A DNA stretch of 64,000 nucleotides from Malacoraja senta (taxonomy: Eukaryota): assembly GCA_038087875.1 (NCBI GenBank), contig CM075986.1, positions 33,356,001 to 33,420,000 on the forward strand, given 5' to 3'. This document shows, piece after piece, positions 26,052 to 37,924 of this stretch. The notes beneath the pieces are model-generated. The model was not told the origin of the DNA. It made no database searches and saw nothing but the letters and a program-made list of their open reading frames with translations. Position 1 is the stretch's first letter; each line of letters starts with the position of its first letter. The translations under genes were made by a program, and so were the position numbers.

Positions 26052-28269
26052 CAGGGGTGGGGAACATTTTCTTGTTGGTCGGCCGCAGTAAGTTATCTGT
26101 AATCGAATAAGGCCGCATCCAAGAAACTTCAATTTCTATAGCAATCTTCTTTCAATAATTCACATTGCTGATTCTATTCTTCATGAAATTTAACTATCTG
26201 TTCTCACAAAGATAAACATTTTGCTAACACCTGTCCCTGCGATAGCCAACGCACTTTAGAATGATACAGCAAATCCACACTGAATACCTCATCGTCCAAC
26301 TTTAGCATATTACGAAACTGACGATGCCGTGTTGGATTTCACGAATATAGTTAACAATACTTATAACTTGTTGCAAAGTGTCACTTAAAATAGTAGATTT
26401 AGCACAGAGATTTTGCTGATGTAAGATACAATGAAAAGAAATGAGAGCATCTGTATCTGATAATACCTTTTTTATCTGTGCAATAAACCCTTCACATTTT
26501 CCTGTCATGGAAGGTGCACCCTCTGTACATACACTCACTAAATTAACCAAATTCAGTCCAACTACATGACATTTATCTTGAAAGTTGTTGAAGAAATCTA
26601 TTCCTCGTGTTCTACCCATAAGAGTGCCCAAAGCAAGTAATTCTTCGTAGCAAAGAAAATCTTCTGTTATGGCCCGAATGAAGTATAAACCTTGCGCCAA
26701 GTCAGTAGTATCAGTTAATTCATCCAAAGCGATTGAATAATATATATTTTCTTTTTGGAGTATTGCGTAAAGTTGTTCTGTTACGTTAAGGGTTAATTCA
26801 TGCTGCCGATCAGTTATAATTCTCCTTGAAAGAGGCAGTTGTTTGTACTTGTAAACCTTATCGAGGTCTAAGCATCCGATAACTTCGACAATGCATTCTT
26901 TTACGATTTCTACATCGCTAAATGGCTTCCCCTTTTTCCCCAAGTGTATAAGCTACACTTTCAGTAGCATTATTTCTGGGTCATACCGCTGCTTGAAATA
27001 ACTGCCTTTGCCTTTGCTTTTCATCTTTTAATTTCTGCAATGCAACCTTTCGCGCCTCACTCTCTAATTTGAAATATTTGTGGTCCTTATGAGTGGCATA
27101 ATGCTGATGAGCATTGAATTTCTTCAATGTTGATATTGCAGTATCACAAAGCAAGCAAATTATCTTATCTTTAGCAGAAACAAGATATTATTGCAGTTCC
27201 CAATCCTCATTAAAAACTCTTTTTTCTTCCCTCAGCGTTCTCTTGGTTTTCTTTGACATGATGGGCTGTTAAGCAGACAGAATTTTTTTTAAATAGTCAA
27301 ACAAATACACTATTTAACTATTCTCAAATTCAACTTCAAACGGAAAGCCACGTGCACTGTTATCAAAAGTTGATAATACAGAAGACTGGACGGCCAGCGG
27401 ACTCTCCCCGACATTTTCCCTCTCGTCAACCAGCCAGTCAGGCAGGGAGGTTAACGTACATTCTAGAGTCGCATTAGAACTAAATCATGACAATAACAGG
27501 TGTTAAAATAGCCCTCATGACTTACTAATGCCAATAACAGGTGTTAAAATAGCCCTCATGCCTTCCTGTCCGCAACAGCTGCACTGTTGCGGACAGGAAG
27601 GCACTACAACGGGTGGTGAAAACCGCGCAGCACATCATCGGTACCCCGCTCCCTGCCATGGATGCCCTCCACCAAAAACGGTGTCTGAAACGGGCTGGGA
27701 AGATCATTAAAGACCCCTCCCACCCCAACCATGGACTGTTTGCCCTCCTCCCATCAGGGAGGCGGTACAGGAGCCTCAGGTCTCGTACCAGTAGGATGAG
27801 GAACAGCTTCTACAATTATACCGTCGCATTGCTGAACTCGGAGTCCCGCCGATAGATTCCTCCGGTCCCTCCGTCCCCGTTGTTAATTATTCTGTATTTT
27901 TGATTATTCTGTATCCTCTTTTTTTTTTTTAATTTCTATATTGCACTACTACTACGGACTGACGCAAAACTGCATTTCGTTGTACCCATACTCAGTATTT
28001 GTGCAATGACATTAAAGTTGAATTGAATTGAATTGAATTGAATTGAAAAATAATGCTTTAATTGTGGCCGTCAGTCGGGGAGGATTATTTCATTGAATCT
28101 TCTTTTACGCTTTGGTATTTTAAATACGTTCATTTTAAGATTAAAATAAAAATAATAAAAGACGAACAAAAACATATTAATAAAAATAAAAGGATTTGTT
28201 CTACAAAATTTGGATTCATTCAAAAGGCTGCACTTAATGGCCTAGAAGGCTGCAGGTTCCCCACCCCTG
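26052..28269 (-). mobile_element. hAT (Charlie/SPIN, GTF2IRD2-like) DNA transposon, internally deleted
   Basis: TIRs CAGGGGTGGGGAAC (26052) and GTTCCCCACCCCTG (28256-28269), with an 8-bp TSD AGTTAGAC/AGTTGGAC. The transposase remnant carries GKPFSD.EIVKEC, SIALDE.TD, LV.VCTEGAPSMTG and FHCILHQQNLCA. Confidence 0.92.
27557..28046 (+). mobile_element. Rex1/L2-type LINE 3' fragment nested in the hAT element
   Basis: VVKTAQHIIGTPLP...IIKDPSHPNHGLFALLPSGRRYRS; (aattg)n tail. Confidence 0.8.
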
Positions 28270-28338
28270 AGTTGGACTCTGGTGAAGTTATTCAGTGTAA
28301 TTATCCCAGGACTGTACTCCCATGTAGCAAAAATCATG

Positions 28339-29021
28339 TGTAGGAAAGAACTGCAGATGCTGGTTTAAACCGATGATAGACACAAAATGCTAGAGTAACT
28401 CAGCGGGACGGGCAGCATCTCTGCAGAGAAGCATGGGTGACGTTTCGGGTTGAGACCCTTCTTCAGACTGAGAGTCGGGGAGGAAAGGGAAACGAGGGAT
28501 ATAGATTGCGATGTGGGCGATCCTTTCACTGAACACCTTCGCTCAGTCCACCTGGACCTACCAGATCTCCCGGTTGCTAACCACTTTAATTCCCCTTCCC
28601 ATTCCCACACTTCTGTCCTAGGCCTTCTCCACTGTCAGAGTGAGGCTAAACGCAAATTGGAGGAACAGCATCTCATATTTCACTTGGGCAGCTCACGACC
28701 CAGTGGTATGAATATCGATTTCTCTAATGTCAAGTAACTCCTGCATTCCCTCTCTCTCCATCCCACCCCCACCCGTCACACCAGCTTCTCGTTCTCACCT
28801 AGCAAACAGCTAACAATGGCCTTTTCTTTATCATCATTGCTTTTTTGCATATCTTTTCTCCTTTGTTTTGCGTCTCTCTACATCACCGTCTACATGTCTC
28901 GTTTCCCTTTCCCCTTACTCTCAGTCTGAAGAAGGGTCTCGACACGAAACATCACCCATTCCTTCTCCCCAGAGATGCTGCCTGTCCCGCTGAGTTACTT
29001 CAACATTTTGTGTCTATCTTC
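28339..29021 (+). mobile_element. 5'-truncated Penelope-like element with inverted terminal copy and 13-bp TSD
   Basis: GIY-YIG C-terminus (EHLRSV..DLPVANHFNSPSHSH...KLEEQHLIFHLGS..PSGMNIDFSN); about 150-bp inverted ends; agcaaaaatcatg duplicated at 28326-28338 and 29022-29034. Confidence 0.75.
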
Positions 29022-29449
29022 AGCAAAAATCATGAATGTTTTATGTTTTTAATGTGTATATTTAATACAGTGAATGTCAAATACGTCCTGTCCTCTGCAA
29101 CCAGTCCTACACTGTAATTGAGGTTATGTTACGATCGTCCGTCTATTTGATAAATAGACCAACTCCTTAAACCAGAAGATATAATTCCCCGAACAATAAA
29201 TGAGCACCATTGCTGCACTTTCCCCGGAACAGTTAGTTGCAGGTGTGACCTATCCTTATCAGAATGGTTCCACAATTCAAAGAGACACAAAACCAGTTAA
29301 AGTGTTGTTACTTTATTCACTGATGCAGGACTGTTACAGATACAAATCATAGGCATATTATTGTCTTGATATCAGAAAGAAAGGTTTGGCAGATAGTCAT
29401 TGACGCATACAGCTCAGAAACAGGACCTTTGACCCAACGTCAATGGTGA

Positions 29450-31880
29450 CTAAGTTATCCCAACGAAGCTAGTCCCAATTGTATGTGTTTGGTTCGTGTA
29501 TCTCTAAACCTTTCCTATCCATGTACCAATTCAAGTGTCTTTCAAATGCTGTTGTATTATCTGCCTCAACTGCCTCATCTGGCAGCTCGTTCCATATCGA
29601 CGACCTCTGTGTAAAATAAGTTGACAAAGAGGTTCCTATTAAATCTTTCCTCCTTTCACTTTCAACATAGCGGAGTCAGGGGATATGGGGAGAAGGCAGG
29701 AACGGGGTACTGATTGGGGATGATCACCCATGATCACATTGAATGGCGGTGCTGGCTGAAAGGGCCGAATGGCCTCCTCCTGCACCTTTTGTCTATTGTC
29801 TATAACACATGTCCATTGCTTGATTCCCCTACTCTGGGTAAAATACTCTGAACTGTATTCCCCTAATGATTTTATAGACCTCCATAAGATCACCCCTCAG
29901 ATTCCCACGTGCCAACAAATAAACATAGAAACATAGAAACATAGAAATTAGGTGCAGGAGTAGGCCATTCGGCCCTTCGAGCCTGCACCGCCATTCAATA
30001 TGATCATGGCTGATCATCCAACTCAGTATCCCGTACCTGCCTTCTCTCCATACCCCCTGATCCCCTTAGCCACAAGGGCCACATCTAAATCCCTCTTAAA
30101 TATAGCCAATGAACTGGCCTCGACTACCCTCTGTGGCAGAGAGTTCCAGAGATTCACCACTCTGTGTGAAAAAAGTTCTTCTCATCTCGGTTTTAAAAGG
30201 ATTTCCCCCTTATCCTTAAGCTGTGACCCCTTGTCCTGGACTTCCCCAACATCGGGAGCAATCTTCCTGCATCTAGCCTGTCCAACCCCTTAAGAATTTT
30301 GTAAGTTTCTATAAGATCCCCTCTCAATCTCCTAAATTCTAGAGAGTATAAACCAAGTCTATCCAGTCTTTCTTCATAAGACAGTCCTGACATCCCAGGA
30401 ATCAGTCTGGTGAACCTTCTCTGCACTCCCTCTATGGCAATAATGTCCTTCCTCAGATTTGGAGACCAAAACTGTACGCAATACTCCAGGTGTGGTCTCA
30501 CCAAGACCCTGCACAACTGCAGTAGAACCTCCCTGCTCCTATACTCAAATCCTTTTGCTATGAAAGCTAACATACCATTCGCTTTCTTCACTGCCTGCTG
30601 CACCTGCATGCCTACTTTCAATGACTGGTGTACCATGACACCCAGGTCTCGCTGCATCTCCCCTTTTCCTAGTCGGCCACCATTTAGATAATAGTCTGCT
30701 TTCCTGTTTTTGCCACCAAAATGGATAACCTCACATTTATCCACATTATACTGCATCTGCCAAACATTTGCCCACTCATCCAGCCTATCCAAGTCACCTT
30801 GCAGTCTCCTAGCATCCTCCACACAGCTAACACTGCCCCCCAGCTTAGTGTCATCCGCAAACTTGGAGATATTGCCTTCAATTCCCTCATCCAGATCATT
30901 AACAGGCTATAAATAAAATCATAGCCTGCCCAACCTTGCCCTCTAGCTCAACCCTTCGAGACCTGGCAACATCCTCATGAATCTTCTCTGCACTTTATCC
31001 AGCTTAACGATATCCTTCCTCCAGCAGGGTGACCGAAACTGAACACGATACTCCAAATGCGGCCTTGCCCGCGACTGGTGCAATTGGAACACAATGTCCG
31101 AAGTTCTACACTCAACGTCTTGACTGATGAAGGCCAATGCACCAAAAGCCTTCTCTATCACTCTATCTCCCTGTGATGCCTGCCCGGTTTGACTTCTCAC
31201 AAGGTCATAAGGATATAAGTGATAGGAGTATTATGTCATTCAGTCCATCAAGTTTACTCCGCCATTCAATCATGGCTGATCTATCTTTATCTCCTAAACC
31301 ACATTCTCCTGCCTTCTTCCCATACCCTCTGACACCTGCACTAATCAAGAATCTATCTATCTCCTAAACCACATTATCCTGCCTTCTTCCCATACCCTCT
31401 GACACCTGCACTAATCAAGAATCTATCTATCTCTGCCCTAAAAATATCCACTGAAGTGGTCTCCACAGCCTTCTGTGGCAAAGATTCACCACCGCCCACT
31501 GAAGAAATTTCTCCTAATTTCCTTCCTAAAAGGTCCTTTTATTCTGAGGTTATGACCTCTAGTCCTAGACTCTCCCACCAGTGGAAACATCCTCTCCACA
31601 TTCACTCTATCCAAGCCTTTCACTATTATGTACGTTTCAATCATTCTTCTAAACTCCAGCGAGTACAGGCCCAGTGCCGACAAATGCTCATCATAGGTTA
31701 ACCTACTCATTCCTGGGATCATTCTTTTAAACTTCCTCTCGACCTTCCTTTCTCATATATGGTGCCCAAATTGCTCACAATATTCCAATGCGGCCTTACC
31801 AGCACCTCATAGAGCCTCTGGTTTTGTACACAAGCCCTCTTGAAATAAATGCTAGTGTTGAGTTTGCTTTCTTTACTACT
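29450..31880 (-). mobile_element. Cluster of CR1 LINE 3' fragments (young copy at 29922-30900)
   Basis: RT ORF 30193-30822 and (ttctatgt)n tail at ~29922-29947; older fragments on either side. Confidence 0.85.
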
Positions 31881-31889
31881 GATTCGACT

Positions 31890-32556
31890 TCCACCGGGTG
31901 GCGCCAGCAATGGCTGCCTTGTCAACTGTCTGTCTGTCCCTTCTTTCTCTGTTGTTTCTTTAGTATGTGTTAAATGTATGTTTTTAGTGTTCGTTAGTTT
32001 GTTTTATGTGGGGGGGGGGGTGGGTTTAGGGGAATTTTTTTCTAATCTCTTAACTCGATGGAGATGTGATTTTTTTCCGTATCGTATCTTCGTCCGCACT
32101 GCGGCCTAACATCAAGGATCTGGAGGCCTTTGCTGGAATCCGACTTCGGGACAACATCGCGGAGCTGGCAATCCCTTTGACAGGGATCAACCTCTGAACT
32201 CCAACAGCGGGAGCCTGCGACCCTTAACATCATGGAGCTCGCGATCTCTGGTTAGAGACCGACTTCGGGAGCTCTAAGTCGCATGAATATCGACCACCCT
32301 GATGCGGGAGCTTTGATCGCCCTGACCCGGGGGCTTCGACTTCCGCCTGCGGGAGCTTTGATCGCCCCGACGAGGTTCGACTGCCCCGACCGCGGGAGAC
32401 AAATGAGGGAATAAGATTAGAATTTATTGCCTTCCATCACATTGAGGAATGTGGGGAATCCACTGTGGTGGATGTTTATGTTAACTTTTATGTAGTTGTA
32501 TGTCTTGTTGCTTTATTTTTAGTATGGCTGTATGGTAATACGAATATCACTGTACC
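31890..32556 (+). mobile_element. GC-rich non-autonomous retroelement-like repeat
   Basis: T-rich 5' part, CpG-rich middle, and a 3' part (gtatggctgtatggt..cactgtacc) shared with 46260-47050. Confidence 0.45.
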
Positions 32557-32616
32557 TTAAGGGCCCGCCCCACTTGGCAATTTTTTTGGCGACTGCAGGC
32601 GTCGTATCACTGTCGC

Positions 32617-35143
32617 CCGAAACTAATTTCGGCCCACAAGGCCACTTTTAGCCCAGAGACTAGTCCCTTTTGCCCAAAATGCCCGTATTAGCCCAGGAGG
32701 AGAATTTTGGCCCTAAAGGCATGTGCCAGGCCAGGAAAAGTCCAGAAAATTGCCTTTCACTGAGATTTCACTCTTTTTTTAAGTCCCTTCGGCCCACCAT
32801 GCCTATACTAGCCCAGGAGTCCCCCCTTCGGCCCATCAGTAAGTATTCCCCCTGTAAGTATTAATCTTCACCCCAGTATTTTTCTCCCTCCCTTCGTTTG
32901 CTCCCTGTGATATCCAGGCCAGGGTAGACTTTCCTCCTTCATTGCTGTGATCTGCAGAAAAAGATGAAAAATGTCAATAATTAATTATCCACCCTCTCCC
33001 CCTTCTCTCCCACAGAGTCTCTCGCCTGTTTTGGGCTGAATTTCTGGCAGTTTCTCACCTGCCAGCCCACCAGGCCTGAGTGACTGACCTGCCAGCCCAT
33101 CAGCCCTGACTGAGTTGCCAGCCCACCAGCCCTGAGTGACTGAGCTGCCAGCCCAGCAGCCCTGAGTGACTGAGCAACCAGCCCACCAGGCCTGAGTGAC
33201 TGAGCTGCCAGCCCACCAGGCCTGAGTGACTGAGCTGCCAGCCCACCAGGCCTGAGTGACTGAGCTGCCAGCCCACCAGGCCTGAGTGATTGAGCTGCCT
33301 GTCTACCAGGCTGAGTGACTCAACTGCCAGCCCACCAGGCCTGAGTGACTGAGCTGCCAGCCCACCAGGCCTGAATGACAGCTACCAGGCCTGAGTGACT
33401 GAGCTGCCAGCGCACCAGGCCTGAGTGACTGAGCTGCCAGCGCACCAGGCCTGAGTGACTGAGCTGCCAGCCCATCAGGCCCAAGTGACTGATCTGCCAG
33501 CCCATCAGCCCTGACTGATCTGCCAGCCCACCAGCCCCGAGTGACTGAGCTGCCAGCCCACTAGCCCTGAGTGACTGAGCTACCAGCCTACCAGGCCTGA
33601 GTGTCCGAGCTGCCAGCCCACCTGGCCCGAGTGACTGAGCTGCCAGCCCACCAGACCTGAATGACTGAGCTGCCAGCCCACCGGGCTCGAGTGACTGATC
33701 TGCCAGCCCATCAGCCCTGGCTGATCTGCCAGCCCACCAGCCCTGAGTGACTGAGCTGCCAGCCCACAAGCCCTGAGTGACTGAGCTACCAGCCCACCAG
33801 GCCTGAGTTTCCGAGCTGTCAGCCCAGCAGGCCTGAGTGACTGCCAGTCCACCAGGCCTGAATGACTGAGCTGCCAGCCCACCAGGCCTGAGTGACTCTG
33901 CTGCCAGCCTCCAGGCCTGAGTGACTGAGCTGCCAGCCCACCAGGCCTGAGTGACTCAGCTGCCTGTCCACCAGGCCCGAGTGACTGAGCTCCCAGCACA
34001 CCAGGCCTGTGACTGAGCTGCCAGCCCACCAGGCCCGAGTGACTGATCTGCCAGCCCTGACTAATCTGCCAGCCCACTAGCCCCGAGTGACTGAGCTGCC
34101 AGCCCACCAGCCCTGAGTGACTGAGCTACCACCCCACCAGGCCTGACTGTCCGAGCTGTCATCCCATCAGGCCTGAGTGACTGAGCTGCCAGCCCACCAG
34201 GACTGAGTGAATGAGCTGCCAGCCCACCAGGTCTGAGTAATTGAGCTGCCAGCCCACCAGACCTGAGTGACTGAGCTGCCAGCCCACCAGGCCTGAGTGA
34301 CTGAGCTGCCAGCCCACCTGGCCTGAGTGACTGAGCTGCCAGCCCACCAGCCCTGGGTGACTGAGCTGCCAGCTCACCAGGCCTGTGACTGAGCTGCTAG
34401 CCCACCAGGCCTGAGTGACTTAGCTGCCAGCTCACCAGGCCTGAGTGACTGAGCTGCCAGCCCACCAGGCATGAGTGACTGAGCTGCCATCCCACCAGGC
34501 CTGAGTGACTGAGCTGCCAGCCCACCTGGCCTGAGTGACTGAGCTGCTAGCCCACCAGGCCCGAGTGACTGAGCTACCAGGCCTGAGTGACTGAGCTGCC
34601 AGCCCACCAGGCCTGAGTGACTTAGCTGCCAGCGCACCAGGCCTGAGTGACTGAGCTGCCAGCCCACCAGGCCTGAGTGACTGAGCTGCCAGCCCACCAG
34701 GCCTGAGTGACTGAGCTGCCGGTCCTCCAGGCCTGAGTGACTGAGCTGCCTGCCCACCAGGCCTGAGTGACTGAGCTGCCAGCCCACCAGGCCTGAGTGA
34801 CTGAGCTGCCAGCTCACCAGGCCTGAGTGACTGAGCTGCCAGCCCACCAGGCCTGAGTGACTGAGCTGCCAGCCCACCAGGCCTGAGTAACTGAGCTGCC
34901 AGCCCACCAATCCTGAGTGACTGAGCTGCCAGCCCAAGATTCCATTTGGCCCACAAGGTCCATACCAGCCCTCTGGAAACCAGTCCCTTCAGCCCACAAC
35001 ACCCATACCAGCGCTCCAGAAAGACCCCCTCCCCCCCCCCCCCACTGGCCACCAATATGGGAATTGGTGGAGAGGTGGAATATTACGTTGGGGTCCAGCC
35101 CTCCCGTGTGAACCTGGGACCCAACGTGTCCCACTTAATCTAG
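32617..35143 (+). mobile_element. Probable non-autonomous Helitron carrying a minisatellite
   Basis: 3' hairpin TGGGACCC-AAC-GTGTCCCA (35115-35133, one mismatch) followed by CTAG (35140-35143) and then T. The 5' TC terminus was not identified. Confidence 0.5.
33056..34935. repeat. 30-bp minisatellite, about 60 copies
   Basis: Unit gagtgactgagctgccagcccaccaggcct; more homogeneous toward the right end. Confidence 0.98.
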
Positions 35144-35761
35144 TAGACAATATATATTCATAAGACATGATCTTCCAAATACAAATCCATGCTGACTATC
35201 CCAAATCAGCCCTGTCCATCCAAAAGCATATATGTCTTTTCCCTCAGAATCCTCTCCAGTAACTTACACTATCAGAGATGTTAGGCTCGCTGGTCTATAG
35301 ATTCCAGGTTTTTCCCTTCAGCCCTTCCTAAGTAGAAGCACAACATTAGCCACCCTCCTGTTATCCAGCACCTCACTTGTGCCTAATGATGATTTATACA
35401 TCAGCCAGGGTTCCTACAATTTCTTCTCTAGTGTTCCACAATTTCCTCGGATATTTCTGATCATGCCCAGGGGATTTATCTACCTTCATGTGCCTTAGGA
35501 CATTTAGCACCTCAGCTGTATAATATGGACTGTCCTGAAAACATCTCCATTAACTTTCCCAAGTTCCCTCGCCTTCATGTCTTTCTCCAAACTAAAAACA
35601 CACACGAGACTCATTGAGGACCTTGCCATTCTCCCGTGGCTCCTTGCTTTCTGAGGGGCTATATTTTATGTTTAATCTCTCTCGTTACTTTTCTTTTAAT
35701 GTACTTATCAAATCCCTTTGGATTCTCATCTGCCAGATATCTCCTTCCTCCTTTTTGCCCT

Positions 35762-36458
35762 CCTCAATCACCATTAAGGGCACTGAGGTGGAGGTGGTCG
35801 CTAATCACAGGTACCTTGGTGTGCAGCTTGACAGCGAGCTGGACTGGAAGTGTCATATGGAGGCGGTGTACAGGAAGGGACAAAGCCGACTGTATTTTTT
35901 AAGGAGGCTGAGGTCATTTAACATCTGCCAACCCCTACTGTGCAGTGTATACCATTCAGTGGTGGCCAGTGCTCTGTTTTTTGCTGTGGCCTGTTGGGGA
36001 GATGACGCCCGCATAGCGGACAAAAACAGACTGGACAAGCTGATCAGGAAGGCCGGCTCAGTGGTTGGGGCTGAGCAACGAACGGTCCAGCAGGTGGCAG
36101 AGGCCAGAACTCTGAACAAACTGGGTTCAATAATGACCAACCCCACTCACCCACTCCATGCCCTGAAGGTGATCAAGAGCAGCATCTTCAGTCAGAGACT
36201 GATTGCACCAATGTGCAAAACTGAGAGACATAGGAAGTCCTGTTTACCAGCTGCTATAAGGTTATATAATGCGCATAAATAACTGCACTTTTTTTTTTCA
36301 TTAATTGTATTTTAACTTGTATTTTAACTTGTATTTTAACTTGTTAAGTATGGAAGCTATTTGAGGAAATGTGTGGTGTTATGTCTGTCTTGAAGCTGTC
36401 GTGGCACTGTAATTTCCTGTAAAGGATTATTAAAGGTATATCTATCTATCTATCTATC
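35762..36458 (+). mobile_element. Rex1/Babar-L2-type LINE, 5'-truncated
   Basis: YLGVQLDSELDW..H...V.RKGQSRLYFLRRLRSF...RTERH.KS.LPAAIRLYN; (tatc)n tail. Inserted within an older CR1. Confidence 0.85.
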
Positions 36459-36659
36459 CTGATTTTCTTCACAAGTACGCTCGTAAGTCCCAGGGATACA
36501 CTTGGAGACCTCATCACATGACAACCCTTCATCTACACTGGGTCAGCAGACTATTGATTCTCTGTAAAATACCCATATTTATGGTCCCTTCATCTTCAGA
36601 GCCAATCAAAATCCCAGTTTCCACAGTGATTCAGACCTGATTCAGTCCAGAATCAGGTC

Positions 36660-36965
36660 CCACAGTTTAAGAATAAGGGGTAAGCCATTTAGAACGGAGA
36701 CGAGGAAACACTTTTTCTCACAGAGAGTTGTGAGTCTGTGGAATTCTCTGCCTCAGAGGGCAGTGGAGGCAGGTTCTCTGGATGCTTTCAAGAGAGAGGT
36801 AGATAGGGCTCTTAAAAATAGAGGAGTCTGGGCATATGGGGAGAAGGCAGGAACAGGGTACAGATTGTGGATGATCAGCCATGATCACATTGAATGGCGG
36901 TACTGGCTCGAAGGGCCGAATGGCCTACTCCTGCACCTATTGTCTATTGTCTCATGTCTATCGTC
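36660..36965 (+). mobile_element. CR1 LINE 3' end
   Basis: SLWNSLPQRAVEAGSLDAFKRE; (ctattgt)n tail. Confidence 0.85.
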
Positions 36966-37924
36966 TATTGATTGTGGCCCAGGCTGCTTCTTCAGTCTTG
37001 AACCTGATTCACTGAGCAGCCTTGGTTCTCTTCAGCAAACACATTCTACAGGGATTCTGCTCACGGCGTTTTGTAATGTTTTAAAGGCAGCTCGTGCAAC
37101 TTTTTAGTTTGTCCTTAGTTTATTGCTTTGATGCTGCCAATTTCCATCTGCCCGATCACTTCAACTGCAGTCATCAGGGTGGATCTCTATAATCAGCTCC
37201 AGCAAACACAGAATAAGTTGCTGCTGGGAGTCTCTCAGCTGCATCAGAACCTAAAATGCAGGTGTACGTACATCTGGACAGCTCGTTCCCATTACTTAAT
37301 CAGTGTAATCATGATCAGTGACAATCACCAGTACTTTGAGCCCGTTTCTAAATGTGGCAAATTTACTGTAATGCGGAGAGGGTCTTCATTGCCCATTGGT
37401 TTTCATTCTTTCAGCCCCATTTCGTGTGGTAAACATGAACCTGTTGGTGCAAAACACAGCATCAGAACTGTATTTCCATATGTAAAGCAGCTTGTTTATT
37501 CTTTTTAGTAACATGACTCTGCTGGGAGGGCCCCCTGCTCAAATTAAACCCACCTGTGCAACCTGAGAGGAAGTGTAAGAGAAGGACTGGGTCTAAATGT
37601 TATCAGAGTTTCAGACATCTGGCAGTTATTAATAACAAATGGTTGCAGCGATTCAAGTAAATCAATGGCTGTCTTTGATACCTCATGAAGTTTTCATCCA
37701 AGTTAATGCAAATGTTAATGTAATGAAATGTAATGAAGGTTAATGTAATGAAGTGGATCTCCCTCCTCTTAAAACCCAGAGAAACATGTGGCAGTCTGTG
37801 GCCCATGGGTGGTATTGTGAGCTGTTGCTTTGTTCAATTTGTCTGCCATTAGCAGTCATGATATTGTATTATAGAATATAATAAGAATGATCTGCAGATG
37901 CTGGTTTGTACCAAAGATCGACAC

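Noticed and set aside
33056-34935. CRISPR-like array
   Set aside because: Head-to-tail repeats without unique spacers; eukaryotic context with no cas genes.
33320-35134. Long minus-strand ORFs (LRPGGLAAQS, GLVGWQLSHS repeats)
   Set aside because: By-product of a stop-free 30-bp unit; all three frames are open and there are no start or splice cues.
37180-37270. Minus-strand gcaacttattctgtg resembling ATYYC of a V pseudogene
   Set aside because: No upstream WxxQ/GLEW framework and no RSS; chance match.
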